DNA of 63,354 nt, filler included, from Bigelowiella natans CCMP2755 (lineage: Eukaryota; Protista; Cercozoa), in the NCBI GenBank assembly GCA_000320545.1. It is 11 parts of 11 records of this genome, joined end to end, with 100 filler letters (N's around TTAATTAATTAA, not from the genome) between each part and the next. Parts side by side here need not be neighbours in the genome. Positions count along the whole stretch, not along the records: positions 1 to 10,349 come from ADNK01001182.1; positions 10,450 to 15,717 come from ADNK01003569.1; 9 more parts are not named here. One strand, 5' to 3'. A program made the position numbers and the translations under genes. This document shows positions 1 through 14,395 of the stretch, in pieces; position 1 is the first letter of the stretch; every line of letters starts with the position of its first letter. The notes under the pieces were generated by a model. The model was not told where the DNA came from and did not search any database. It saw nothing but the letters and a program-made list of their open reading frames with translations.

Positions 1-124
1 GGGGGCGTTGTTTGTCATATTTTTGGAGCGAGCTCCGAGTGCAGCAGGCAGGTAGCATATGCAGCTGCCATCATAATGGATGCAGGAGGACGAGAGTCAA
101 CCCAAACGGCCTTACTGCTCTACC

Positions 125-168
<44 letters not shown>

Positions 169-192
169 ACATGCATGTGTGGATAAATCCAG

Positions 193-909
193 GTTGCCCC
201 AAGCGACATGATCGGCGAGTCCGATGTGAAGCTCATCCTCCGCTCGGTGCGTGCAGATGGACTCATCTTGCGCCCAGACAGGCCGGCCATGGTCATCGAG
301 GCAGCCATCAAGAGATCCGCAGCCGCTAGCAACCCGAAGCAGGACAACAAGCCTCTCGGGGACATCCAAGTCGCCCACTCCGTTGTGTCGGGGCTGCCAT
401 ACATGCAGGTGCTTGCAGTCGAGTCCCCGTCCTACAACCTCTCCCTGACGGCCATGTTCCAGGCGGGGGGGTACGATGATGTGACTCCTGCGATTGTGGA
501 GGCGTTTCTGTGCTTCGAGACCTCGGGTCAAGATCCGCTCAGGAACTTCCAAGAGCTAGACAGACGCTCCTCCTCCTCCTCCTCCTCTCTCCAGCTTCCT
601 GCTGCCCCCACAAAGAAAGACTTTTCGTTGTGGAATGTGGTGCCTCGTATCCCATCCACCAGCTGGGTCTTCCTAGGCGAGGCTGTCGATAAGTGGGTGG
701 CGGTGTCGGGCTCGAGATTCTCGGAGATCCAAGCCAACAGTGAGGAGCTCTCCGTCGTTGCCTCTGGGCCCCCCGGCGAGATCGTCACCGCATACGCGCG
801 CCCAGCAGATGACCTCCCAGTCGCGAAAGGGAGATGCGAGGTACCTGAGGCCGGTGCTGTAAAGATGATATTTGACCTCGATGGTGGCTCCAGCTGCGGG
901 GCGATCTAA
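193..909 (+). CDS. 3'-terminal exon of an uncharacterised, possibly GH36/GH27-clan-like protein (5' part not resolved)
   Basis: Acceptor ccag|GTT at 192/193 gives VAPSDMIGESDVKLILRSVRADGLILRPDRPA, resembling the SGGP-x-x-x-SD...DG-x-ILR segment of raffinose-synthase-type barrels. GC-rich coding composition, TAA at 907-909. Confidence 0.5.
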   Translation, partial: VAPSDMIGESDVKLILRSVRADGLILRPDRPAMVIEAAIKRSAAASNPKQDNKPLGDIQVAHSVVSGLPYMQVLAVESPSYNLSLTAMFQAGGYDDVTPAIVEAFLCFETSGQDPLRNFQELDRRSSSSSSSLQLPAAPTKKDFSLWNVVPRIPSTSWVFLGEAVDKWVAVSGSRFSEIQANSEELSVVASGPPGEIVTAYARPADDLPVAKGRCEVPEAGAVKMIFDLDGGSSCGAI

Positions 910-1656
910 TCTAGTAATGTGATTGATGCATATAATAGACACAGTAATAGCATATATAGTATATATATGATATTACATGTCTATAATAAGTCTATAATGC
1001 ATGCTGGCATGCTCTATGCTGCATGGCTAGCTAGCTGCTAGTGGTTTGGTTGACAGATATGTGCTGCTAGAATATGGTGGCCTGTTACGTTTTAATTCTC
1101 GAAGAGATGTAGTTCGTTCACGCAACGATGACGAACCGATGTAATTGTATTTCGGAATTTACGGGCAGCTAGCTCGCGCTTATACGTACGCGCATGATCG
1201 ACACTGTTCTAATGAAGTGTTTTTGGCATGAATGATACGATGACGTACTCAGCATTAGAAGCGCGGCGGGCGATCGCATGTAGACGGCGGGGTACGGTGC
1301 GGCGTGCTAGCGTGCATCGTCGTAATGCTATGCTGGTATCTACATAGCAGCTAAATAGCTAGAGACGAGTTGTTGCGGCACATCTACTAACTAGATCTAA
1401 TCAAGGACACTTGTTCTCACACACAATGCGACAACAGTAGTACGCCTTATTGCTGAGAGATCTACATTACGCTTATATACGTAACAGTATGGGTGGTGGA
1501 CACGGGGATCTGCATATGTGTACATAACGACTGATTCCATGCCTATTTCGCTCCTCCACGAATCGTTACGTTCATCGCAAGCTTGCGACGATGCGGAAAG
1601 CGTGACGGTCGGTGCTCATTCATCATCGACACTCATATGGCGTCTCCGCCCCGCCC

Positions 1657-3663
<2,007 letters not shown>

Positions 3664-4404
3664 TGTTTCTTTGAAAAACTGGAGTACAAAGAGTTCGGAG
3701 AACAGTCAGTCGCATGAAAAATATCGATGTGCGGGAAATTAAAATATCACCCCCCCCGCCCCTCCCACTGTCCATTGGTTTCAACGGTGGAAACATATGG
3801 CAGACGCAAAAGAGATCATTTGATCTGGAACCATCCGCATATAGGGGATAATCGAAACGGACGAGCCTGGGGGGGAGGGAGGGGATTGCGGGGATGGATG
3901 ATTGGAGGCATGCGGGCAGACCAGAGTTTTGAAGTGTGTTCCTTCCGCCATGGCCAAAAACGATATTCCCGGTTAACAACCGTTACTACCTGATACTAGC
4001 TCCGACAAAAGATATTTATAGATATTATTTTAGCTTTTTAGTTTTGAGCCCGAGTTGGATTATTCGAGCCCATTTTTCTGCTGCAGGACCGCTTTTCAGA
4101 TTTCGGTTCAGAAACTACTTATCTATTATTCGGCTGCAGAGAGCCTTCTCGGAACCTGGGCTCGAGAGGTGCACTCGAGACCCTCGAGGAGGATTTTTCG
4201 TGATGAACGAAGCCCTCCACAAAAATTAAGAAAGTGTCTGGTTTGACTTAGCTAGCATTAGGTGCATTTTGAAATTGCGTCAACAAGATTAAAACTATAT
4301 TATGCATAAATTAGGTGAATTAAGAGAAATATGATGAGTCTTTTACAGCATAACATGTTGAGCACAGCCTTCAGAATCCAGAATCGAAGGGTTTTAGCAG
4401 ATAG

Positions 4405-4928
4405 ATGTCTGCGAAGGTAGTTTGGTCTTCCTCCCCATACTTCGAAATTTCTATCACATTTCTTCTCCTCTAATGGTGAGTAAATGCATATCTTCTTTGG
4501 AAACTGAAACTGTTTGTTGGTTTGTATTTATTTAGGACGTGTTTGAGCTGTTCGACGCAGATGACGACGGAAAGTTGTCTATCGAGGAGTTCGGGCGCGC
4601 CCTTCGCGCCCTGGGCAAAGCTCCGACTGAAAAGGAGATTGAAAAGTTGGCAGATGCCCCTATAGACTTCGATGAGTTCAAAAAAAAAGTTTCAATGTAC
4701 CAGGGTCCAAGCTCGGGGACGGCAAGGTCTGAACTGAAGGACTCTTTGGACGTGTTTGATAGAGAGAACTCAGGGTGTATTCCCGAGGCAGAATTGAGAT
4801 TTTTACTGTCAAACATGGGGGAAATATTATCAGATATGGAGACTGAGCAAATACTAAAAGATGCCCCGAAAAATAAAGATGGGGAAATTATATTAGACGG
4901 AATGATGAAGATGCTGCTTGCAGTTTAA
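4405..4928 (+). CDS. EF-hand myosin light chain / calmodulin-like protein; exons 4405-4416, 4536-4928
   Basis: MSAK|DVFELFDADDDGKLSIEEFGRALRALGKAPT...VFDRENSGCIPEAELRFLLSNMGEILSD. GT-AG intron; degenerate EF-hands typical of Mlc1/Cdc4-type light chains. Confidence 0.88.
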
Positions 4929-6068
4929 GCTTTAAGCAAATGTACCATTTCATGGATGCTTGTGCAATGAACAAAGCTTTTCAAATTTGACGTCATGTTC
5001 GTGGACGATGGTATTTGTTCACATCTGCTGTGCAACAATTTAGAAGCAGCACACACATTGACCAGATTGAGAGTAGATGTGAGCCTCGCTCGCAATGTGA
5101 GCTAGTGCAGACTCTCTGCAAAACCATTTCACTGCATTTGTCATCAGCAGTGTGCCATCTTTTAGCAGCATGCGGTTAGTGCGTGCTAGACACAGCAACA
5201 TGGTACATGCATGTTACATACATTGACATGTGCATAACACATCATTGCATGATGTGCGTCATTCGAGTGAAAAGCTGCTATATAATAATGCGTGCGTTGC
5301 AACAATGATGCTCAGCCTAGTCATGGCTATGATGCTATGATGCTATGTCGTCCGCACTGTGGCGCAGCTGCAAGTGCTGTGCGACCCTCCGCCGGCACTT
5401 GCAGCCGCTGTGCTCATCTGTGTCACACTGCATCTGCTCATACATCGTCGATGCCACATGTGTGGGATGCGTACTGCGCGTTGTGTACATGCATCATGCG
5501 CATCGCAGCAGCAGACGAGAACAATGCACCGTGAAAACATGAACCCGACCAACCTGCATATGATCTAGATGTTTGCAGCGTGCGTTCGCATCGATTCTCT
5601 GTGCGCGCACACAATTAATTGATCTCCAAATTGCGCGATTCACAATGGACACACGTACACATGTAGTGTTCACTTGCGTTGTCACGCGCACATCGTTAGA
5701 TCGCCTTGATTGTTCACGAAGGCACATGCCAGCAATTAGCTACGCTAGTGTAAGCACACACATACTAGCATGCAGCTTGGCTTCTGCCGACACGTGCTGC
5801 ATATGATCGTGCAAGGGCGTAAGGGCTAGGCTAGAAGGGCCTTCGCAGAAACACACCTCCACAATGCTAGAATGGTGGGCCACATGCAGCGGCAAACTTG
5901 TGTTCATTGAGTTAATCTTGATCTCAAAACGTTTACACCTTCGCAAAAATGTTTTCTATCACAATCATCTCGAATCCTTGGTGCATCGCGGCTAGGACAT
6001 TTTCCAATCCTTAATGCCTTGAATTTGGGAGAGAGATCTCGCTGTTTTTCCTGCCTCACATGCATTTC

Positions 6069-7660
6069 TTACAAGTCAGGATCAGCAACGTTGAACAGGG
6101 CTACAACAGCCTTTTGCATACGTTCAAGATAGCTGCTTGTCTTATGATTCAGAGGATTCATGGGTGGTGCGGACATGTCTTGGTCGTATTCGAGCAGAGA
6201 CCATTTCTTTGGCTTGTTAGTAAGGGAGTCCAAGGGGCTGCCGGTTGGTCTTCCGTAGTAAATGTAGCGAGGAGATCCAACATGCCTGAATCCTGTGATC
6301 GACCATGGCACCGTAGTGATTAAGTCTCCCCAGTTGACCCATCTGACACAGTGATGTTTTGCCTCGCAGTATCCATGAAGTCTTGACGAGTGGTCTTTGC
6401 TCCATACGCGAGGAGCACCGAATGTAGCGAGTCGGAAATTGTGGAATCCGGATTCATACAGCCTCAAAGCACACAAGTTTGCAAGCGCTCCACCGAGAGA
6501 ATGTCCAGTAATCACTACTTGTTTGTTAGTGCCATCTGCGAGCGCCTTGATTCTCTTAACAAGGCTTCCAGTGCCTCCCATTTTACTCTCGATTCCAGCA
6601 TAGTGTTCGATAAATCCTTTACCAGCGAGTGCTCTTACTCCTGCGAAGGTGGAAAGCACGGCAGACTTAATGTCAGCCTCTGCATCCTTTTGGTTTTGAG
6701 TTCCACGGAACGAAGCCCAGATCTTGTCGTGACAGTTTGCGATTATCATATATCCTATTAACCCAGTGCCAGCATGCTGTTCAATCGTGCACTTGCCCTT
6801 GTAGCGCTTAGGGAAATTGCTGCTTGCTTCCCATCCTGCTTGAGTTTTCACTTTACTGTAGACTACAGACGCCCATCTGAGATCGAGAATACCGTCGAGA
6901 GCTTCTTCTTTAGAGCTAAATAATAAAATTTAAAATGTAGATGTAAATCACAAAACCATATCCTTGAATGATGACTACATCCTTTTAGATATTTCTCTTC
7001 TCTCTTTTCACGTTTATGTTTCGAGTGACAATTACGTTTTGTATCCAGTTGGCTTGAAGGGCCAGAGAGCGTTTGTTCCAGCTTCAAAAGCGTTGCTTGC
7101 GGTGGTCTTTGCGATATCGAGCCCTTTCTTAGCACCGGCTAGTGCAGTGGAACCGGCCTTGCCGACTGCTTGGCCAACTGGACTTTTGACGACAGATTGG
7201 ACAACTGGGCTTTTAACGACAGAGGATACTCCAGATGTCACAGTGGATTTTGCTTTAGATGCCGTCTTCTTCAGCCAGTCACCGAATCCTTTAGATTCTG
7301 TCTGAGCCTGCACGGAAGCGAAGTCGAAGTTGGGATGGCAATGACGAAAAAAGTTAATCTCTGCGATAGAGATCTCCTCCTCCGTCATCTTGTCAATCAT
7401 TGCCCATTGTTGCTCCAGAGTTAGGTTTCCAACCGAACGTTGGAGAGCTCCGGAACTCTAATGAACCAAGTTTATGGTGTAAGATGATTAGTGAAATATC
7501 TTTTCTCAAATCTGCAAACTGGAATTTAATATTTATTTCATAGCTTGATCACTCTTCATATCACTCCTTTTATCGCCTTATCCAATCTTCAACTTACTGG
7601 GTAGTTATTTTGTAGGGCCTGCAGAGGCACGAAGAGGGAAAGGAGGAGCAGAGGAGACAT
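6069..7660 (-). CDS. Secreted class-3 lipase; exons 7660-7598, 7457-7036, 6915-6069
   Basis: Signal-peptide exon MSPLLLLSLFVPLQALQ; SFRGT, ITGHSLGGALA, TFGAPRV, D-x-ITTVP, FRHVG and a C-terminal His. In-phase GT-AG introns. Confidence 0.9.
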
Positions 7661-8836
7661 GATTTTTCTTTACGCAGCCAACAGGGATTCTGTTAAGACC
7701 TTTATATTTTTTTTAAAAAAACGAAGAAAATTAGAAAAGTGGAATAAATAGCCTGAATTTACAGTCATATACCATATTTTAGGCCAAATTAAATTTATTT
7801 TCCACATTTATTCTCCACACGCTCTAATTCTGAGACTGAAAAAATTGGTTCCCGTCGCAATCACAATGTATTCGTGACTGAAAGGTGAGAGTATAGAAAT
7901 GAGCGACATAGTAAGATTACAGGACAAACTTGACATATTTTTCAACAATATTGCTATTTGAGTTATCAAACGCTCTCCAACTGCCTCATGTCGAGTGAAA
8001 ATGAATCCGATTATTCAGCCTAGCTTGATAATCTGCAAGGTTCAGTCGACGGTTTCGCTCAATGTCGGCAAGTAGTTGGAGCATGTTTATTAACTAAGAC
8101 ATATCTAGATACGGTGCTATGTTCAGAAATGGAACTCTTTTTCTCCGATGTCGCATTTCTTTTAAATTTTTGCAACATTGCAATTTCAATGGCAACAGCC
8201 ATTTCAACAAATAAAATGGATTTCATAGCAAAATACGAAATGTTTTCCCTAGATTTGGGGTTTATCTCCAGGTCACAACGAATGGTGATAATTTGGCTGC
8301 CGTTGCTACCAATGCTAGACGACTCCGTAACCACTTGTCTGCTTTCTATTACAACACTAGAACAGATTCTCTTTTGTCGTTGTCGTCTTTAGAAAATATC
8401 AGGTAATTCTGAAGGAATAATAATGACAAACACCTACTCGTCAACGTTGTAGTCGCCTTAGCACTTTCTCCTGTAATTGATCAATAAAGTTAAAACTTGA
8501 AAGCCCCACATAACTTCTCATGCGTCAGGTAAATTGCATTAACTATTTAAAAACCAAAAATATAAGCTATTTTACACGAGCGTCAACAGTTTTCGTTTGC
8601 ATGAATTGGAATCAGAAAGGGTATTTGCCGGCACGGAAGGAGCACTGGCCGCCCCCTCCGAGCTGCCCAACGTTGTGCCTTGTTCCCCATTGCCACAGCA
8701 CCATGCTGTGCTGAATAGCGGTGCACTCGCATAATTAGATTAAATTTTCCGGTACCTGTGAGACGGTGTAAGGTCGGCTGCCCGTGCGCTACCTGCCCCT
8801 TACCTACAGTCTTTCGGGAGGACCTGGGAGAGATAG

Positions 8837-9354
8837 ATGTCTGTCGTCTATGACCGTGAGTCGAACGTTTCAGACGTGCAGATGAGAATTCTTTCCAGTC
8901 AAGGCCCTGATCAAACTATTAGGAGCGAAGAGGAGCGTAAGAACGAGAAGAAGGTCACGTACGCAGCTGTAGTGAATATTTTGTGCTTACGAGTTCCACC
9001 ACCATCCTCATGCTCCACCCCCCTCCCCCCCCCCCTCCCAAAAACGGGTTCCAGATCCTTATCAATGTCGCTATAGAAAAGCCGAATCAGATAGTCGCGT
9101 TCGTGCAGATGCATCCCTACGAAACTCTCGCAGACCTTAAGTGCGTCCAGTAGCAACAAGCTGTAGTGCATACTTTCTTTATTCCTTCCAGACGACAGGG
9201 AGGGGAGGGGGATTCCTGCTGGCTTGAGCTAGTATCTCGACGTTGACTCATGATAAAAATGTTGTCGCAGGGCTAAGGTGGTTGAGGAGGTGCCGACATT
9301 CGCTCAGCAGTGCAAGTGGGAGGAGGCGGAGAAGCAAATGGGCGACAACAAGGT

Positions 9355-9407
<53 letters not shown>

Positions 9408-9887
9408 CTCTCTCTTTCTCTCCATATCCCGATTGTATCCCTTTGCTCTACTTGCTAGTTATATGCGCCATGCGCGTGGCGCATCTTTTTGTGTCTGTGT
9501 CCGCGCTTACACTGTTTGCGGCTTCTAAACAACATCCTCATCAATCAACACTCGTGAATCGATCGACAACTCTTCCTGGTGGCAGGGCACTCGAGCTGGC
9601 CTTGGCGCAGATGGGGAGAGAATGATAGAAAAAGAACCCGAATATTGCTTCTACTTCCACGATGCGCCAGTGAGCAAGGTCCAGGAAAAGGTCAGAGTGA
9701 TACATAAGCAGGGGGTTGAGCATTTCGCGAACAGCCTCTCAAGTACGATAAGACGAATGAGGGCGCGTGCATGCGAGGATAACGTTTCTTGATATGATGG
9801 CCCAAGGAAACAGTAGCCTGCTTTGTATAGGCTGCTGCGTACATAATGAATACAAATATCTGTGTGTGTGTGTGTGTGTGTGTACAC

Positions 9888-9927
<40 letters not shown>

Positions 9928-10005
9928 GCTTAAGCTACACATTCGTTAATTGTTGTGAGGAGGACAGATGAGTAGTATCTACTTGCTAGGTTTTTCACCT
10001 CTCTC

Positions 10006-10058
<53 letters not shown>

Positions 10059-10129
10059 GTGGATGCAAATGATGCGCGCAAGATGCGGTGTTTCCCAAAG
10101 CGTCTTTGCGTCTTTTGGGGGATGATTAA
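8837..10129 (+). CDS. Hypothetical multi-exon protein, possible ubiquitin-like fold; exons ~8837-8953, 9055-9140, 9271-9352, 9586-9690, ~10083-10129
   Basis: Spliced: ILINVAIEKPNQIVAFVQMHPYETLADLK|AKVVEEVP...EYCFYFHDAPVSKVQEK...AVFPKASLRLL*. The TL-x-DLK...F...QE pattern is beta-grasp-like; the last junction is uncertain. Confidence 0.45.
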
Positions 10130-10479
10130 ACCTCTGTTTTGGACGTTTGGTGCACTCAAGTAACTGCGGCATTTGCACAGATCATACATTGCCTTGATGT
10201 CTCCCCGACTGTGTGCGTTGGGAAAAGGAGGACATTTCACTTCACGAGGCATGGTAGTGCTGAACTAATTCTCTCTCTCCCCCCCTCACTATTTCTCTCT
10301 CACTCTCTCTCTCTTTTTCTCTCTCGCTCGCTCTGTGCGGGCATCGTCTNNNNNNNNNNNNNNNNNNNNNNNNNNNNNNNNNNNNNNNNNNNNTTAATTA
10401 ATTAANNNNNNNNNNNNNNNNNNNNNNNNNNNNNNNNNNNNNNNNNNNNCACACATATTAATTATATAGTTATATATAA

Positions 10480-10515
<36 letters not shown>

Positions 10516-10543
10516 CATTTGTAAATTAATATAAATACTGCAG

Positions 10544-11366
10544 GCCCGCACGCAATGGATCGATTATATCTGGTACTCGTACGATAACTTAGAGCTGGTA
10601 GGAAGCCGTATAATGCAACACCAACAACACCAGTAGCAGTGAATATCAATCATCAAAACAAGCTGAAATTCCTCTCTTTCTCTCTCTCTATCTCTCTCTC
10701 TCTATCTCTCTCTCTCTCTCTGTGTGTGTGTGTCTATTTTGTATATTAAAGCATGCCTGTGAGAATCTCTACAACATCCAATATATCTATCTATCTATAT
10801 ATATATATATATATATATGACATCGATCATATAATCCTCCTCCTCTTTCTCCCGTCTCCTCCTTCCCCTCCTCACCATCACCATCACCATTATCATCATC
10901 ATCATCATCATCATCGTCATCATCATCATCGTCATCATCATCACCCAAACCCATCACCCCAGGTTTCGCTGTCCGACACCAAGACGCCGCAAGACGTAAT
11001 TCCCAACGAGGACAACCCGTCAGATCACATCCCCATCGGTATGCAAAATCCATGCCCATGTAGCAGCGTACGATGCGCTGCTGACCCTTCCCACAGCTTG
11101 TCGCAAAAAATAAAGGAAACAGCTTCATTTCTTGCTTGTGCAGACATCTCTCATAGGTTCTCCTTACGCTTTCTTCTCCCCCTCCCCCCTGTTCCCCCGC
11201 CCCCTCTCCCCCCTCGCTCTGCGATGTTTGTCTGCAGGATGCACTTTGAGATTCAGGTAGCGTGAGGGACGACTGCTGCTCCACAGCTTTTGCGCCTTTT
11301 TTGAGCAGCGTATGTAGCATCGAAGCCACTTTCCTATTCCGGCGATCCTCATCCTTTATAGTGTAG
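10544..11366 (+). CDS. C-terminal exons of an EEP-superfamily (CCR4/nocturnin/angel-like) nuclease; 5' end lost in gap
   Basis: Exons 10544-10597 (WIDYIWYSYDNLEL) and 10963-11038 (IPNEDNPSDHIPI) carry the IDYIWY and PSDH catalytic motifs. Last exon uncertain. Confidence 0.8.
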
Positions 11367-12122
11367 CAGAGCTATTGCGAAGCATAATTGGTAGTCGTCG
11401 TCCAGCGATGTATCTGAAGGCTAGCATAAAGCTTTTATTTTGGGTGGCAGCAACACCACGTACTGATGAGGTCGACTCATCACTTCACATGCACATAATA
11501 AAGTGTGCACGTATTCATACATACCCTGCCGTATGTTACGCATGCACATGCGCATTCAATGTGTGCTGCCGCGTGCGTGTAGCAAGGATCCATGGTATAA
11601 TGGCGGTGATGCTGCTGCATGGCATCGCCTTGCTTTCGCAATCATTTTGCAAGAAGATTACTTACAAGCTACATATATAGCTAGCATGATGTGACATTAA
11701 TAACGCTGCGATGATCGGCGTTGCTTGCGTTGAGCACATTTAAAACAGTAGTAAATAGGTGTGCGTGAATGAGCCTTGTACGTACTGTTCTGTGAACGTC
11801 GTGTCGCACATCAGCTACATAGGATGACTACTGAACATATAATTTAACTGATTAGTCTTACATCCGTCTTACATCGTGTGCAGCGTCAGATCTTCTCTGC
11901 AGTCACACCTAGGTACATGCTATGCGTGTGCATCTATCCATGCTAGGTGGATATCTTGCACTTCTTACACGCCATTCGAGATGTCAGCACGATGGAACGG
12001 TGCGACTCTGCAATTGCGAAGTAGTAATTTCTAGCGACGGGGCTTCTGTTGGCAATGATGCGCACAAAGAATAAGCTGCTGGATGGCGCCGCGCTTCCAT
12101 TTGTCATAACACCTTGTTCCCA

Positions 12123-14168
12123 TTACTTACCCCCCGCTGCTGCTCCGCCCTCCGCCCGCTCTGCTGTTTCGTCTCCCTCTTCCTCTTCTCCTTTTTCTTC
12201 TCCATTAACGGTCGTCTCCACATCCCAAGACGGCATCTTGAGCCCGTTGTCAAAGCCTCCCCCCCCCCCAGTGGCCCTGACGAGGAACTTCGGCGGGGCG
12301 TCGAGTTGTCCCCCGAGGTTCTCCCACTCCAAGGCGGCCAGCGTGTAGAAGTCGAGCAGGATCTTCTTCACCCCCATCCGGTAGCGCACGGCCGCCTCCA
12401 GGCGGTCATTCTCGCGCTTGTCCGCCCTCTGTATCTCTGCCAGCAAGCTCTCATCCTCCTTCATGCTGGAGGGCATGGCTACGATCATCTGATCGACGGC
12501 CTCCATCGCCACGCGGAGCGCGTTCGCGCGCAGATCCAGCGCGTCGTCGCGCACGCGGTCCTCGGAGTCCTGCGGCGGCATCATCGTCACAACCTCGTGG
12601 CCGGCCGCGCGGCTGTGGTAGTGATACATCCACGAGAGCTGCTCGTCCTCCGCGAGCGCCACTTCCAAGCACCCGAGGAGATGGTCACTCGCCTCCCGTG
12701 GCCCTGGCCGAGCTGCGAGAGGCGCCTCGCAGGAGGAGAGGGAGAACAGCATGTCCAGCCGCTCGTCGATCTGCTCGTCGGAGAAGTCCTTCAGAGGCGC
12801 GACGGACGTGACGAGGTGCGCGAGGTCGCCGAAGATGGGAACATAGTCGGCGGGATTGGACGCTGGCTCGCCGGGCTCGAGAGAGTCGGGGAGAAACCCG
12901 TACGCCATCAGCAGTTCCAGGTTGGTCTCTGCTCCGTATGGCAGCAGGATCTCCTCGTTCGGGCCGTACGATTTCGGGGCCAGGATCACAAATTGCTGCT
13001 GCTGCTGCTGCTGCTGCTGCTCACTTCCGTCGCCCTGAGACCTCCCCACCCTCCAGTAGTTATGGCCTCCCGACGAGAAGGCACTCTGCGGCGACTCAGC
13101 TTCGTGGTTGAAGAGGTCGGTCACGGGGCACAGAATCCGCACCAGCTCACCCCCTTCAAAGGCTGCTGCTTCACCATCGCTCTCATCCCATCTGCTGCTC
13201 AGGTTCAAGAACGATGGCGATGAGACAAATTCTGGTCGTATCGTCGCAGCGAAGGAGCGGCTGTTAACGATGCCAAGGGCCCCAGAGCAGCTCCTCCTGC
13301 GTCGCCTCCGCCGCCACGTCCGGCAAGCTGTGAGTTCTCTTCTCCCAAGAACGCTCAAGGCGGTGTCCCTGCGACCGGACAGCTCTGCAAATAATCGAAA
13401 CCGGCTAGCGAATTGCTGCGCCAGCGCGATCGATGGCTCATGCTGCATCTCCTCCAGCTCCTCGTCAGTCCAGTAAGCTCCTAGGGGGAGTTCTTCCATA
13501 GCCGGCAATATCTGCTGAGCATACCAAAGCCAGTTCTTCGCTCTCCTACCCTCCACAGTAGCATCGTCCGCCTCGCCCTGTCGGGCGCTCTGAATGGCGT
13601 GGAGCAAGCTCAGCGCAAGCTGATAGTCGCTATTGTCTTCGGGGTCCTCTGGGTCCAGCGGCACGGTGATGGCGTGCTCGAAGGGGATGGCGAGCATCAC
13701 CTCCCCCGCTTCAAGGGTCTTCCCAGCCTTCACCTCGATACCACGCCCTCGGTCCTCCGACACCCCCACCTCGATCTTCGCCTCCTCGTATCGAGGGGTG
13801 ATGCCGTACGTGCTCCAGAGCTCGGTCAGCTTGGCGGAGTCTTTCTTCACTGACTTTCCAAACACCCTCGTGTACCCTGGGATGAGGGCATCTGCTGGGG
13901 TGCTCCCCGGAATGAGGCCTTCGGGCGACGGCGACGGTGCGTCCTCAAAGCCGCCCCCCTCCGCTGCCGAGCGGGCCAATACCCCTCGCCCCACCACCCG
14001 CCGCATCAGCGATGAGCGCAGGGCTGTGGGCCCTCTCCCTCTTCGACTTATGGCTCGGCGCCATCGAGCTGGTCGAGGAGATGCTTGAGGCGTGGCATGG
14101 GGGAAGCGCAGCGCAAGGGAAAGCAGCCAAACCGCCAGCGTCATAGGTGGGGGCCGAAGGCCCACCAT
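12123..14168 (-). CDS. Rubisco-LSMT-like SET-domain lysine methyltransferase with bipartite (signal+transit) leader
   Basis: GRGIEV, LAIPFEHAIT, IVNSRSF, CPVTDLFNH, YGAETNLELLMAYGF and a Rubisco-substrate-binding-like C-terminus. Hydrophobic then Arg/Ser-rich N-terminus. Apparently intronless. Confidence 0.9.
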   Translation of the reverse strand: MVGLRPPPMTLAVWLLSLALRFPHATPQASPRPARWRRAISRRGRGPTALRSSLMRRVVGRGVLARSAAEGGGFEDAPSPSPEGLIPGSTPADALIPGYTRVFGKSVKKDSAKLTELWSTYGITPRYEEAKIEVGVSEDRGRGIEVKAGKTLEAGEVMLAIPFEHAITVPLDPEDPEDNSDYQLALSLLHAIQSARQGEADDATVEGRRAKNWLWYAQQILPAMEELPLGAYWTDEELEEMQHEPSIALAQQFASRFRLFAELSGRRDTALSVLGRRELTACRTWRRRRRRRSCSGALGIVNSRSFAATIRPEFVSSPSFLNLSSRWDESDGEAAAFEGGELVRILCPVTDLFNHEAESPQSAFSSGGHNYWRVGRSQGDGSEQQQQQQQQQFVILAPKSYGPNEEILLPYGAETNLELLMAYGFLPDSLEPGEPASNPADYVPIFGDLAHLVTSVAPLKDFSDEQIDERLDMLFSLSSCEAPLAARPGPREASDHLLGCLEVALAEDEQLSWMYHYHSRAAGHEVVTMMPPQDSEDRVRDDALDLRANALRVAMEAVDQMIVAMPSSMKEDESLLAEIQRADKRENDRLEAAVRYRMGVKKILLDFYTLAALEWENLGGQLDAPPKFLVRATGGGGGFDNGLKMPSWDVETTVNGEEKGEEEEGDETAERAEGGAAAGGK

Positions 14169-14395
14169 CGTCCCCGAATCGGCTTTGCGCCCCCCAGGAA
14201 TCCCGGCAAATCCCCGCCGGGGGAATAGAATTACAGTGATATTAGGTAAAATCGCCTTTGTTTTTTCTTCCTGCTAAATGACTTTCCTTGTCGCAGGACA
14301 CAAATCGGAACCAGCGCTATCTTCGTCCTGCTGCTTGCATTGCATTGTACGCCTCCCCCCAGGCCCTCCTCCTCCTGCTGCCCCTGTGCGAGCCC

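Noticed and set aside
8911-9171. Minus-strand EF-hand-like DIDKD ORF
   Set aside because: Plus-strand exons with consistent GT-AG phases fit better.
10394-10405. Recurrent TTAATTAATTAA (piggyBac TTAA-like or repeat array)
   Set aside because: Always centred in fixed-length N-runs; it is an assembly linker.
12114-13223. 369-aa plus-strand ORF
   Set aside because: Antisense shadow of the GC-rich SET gene.
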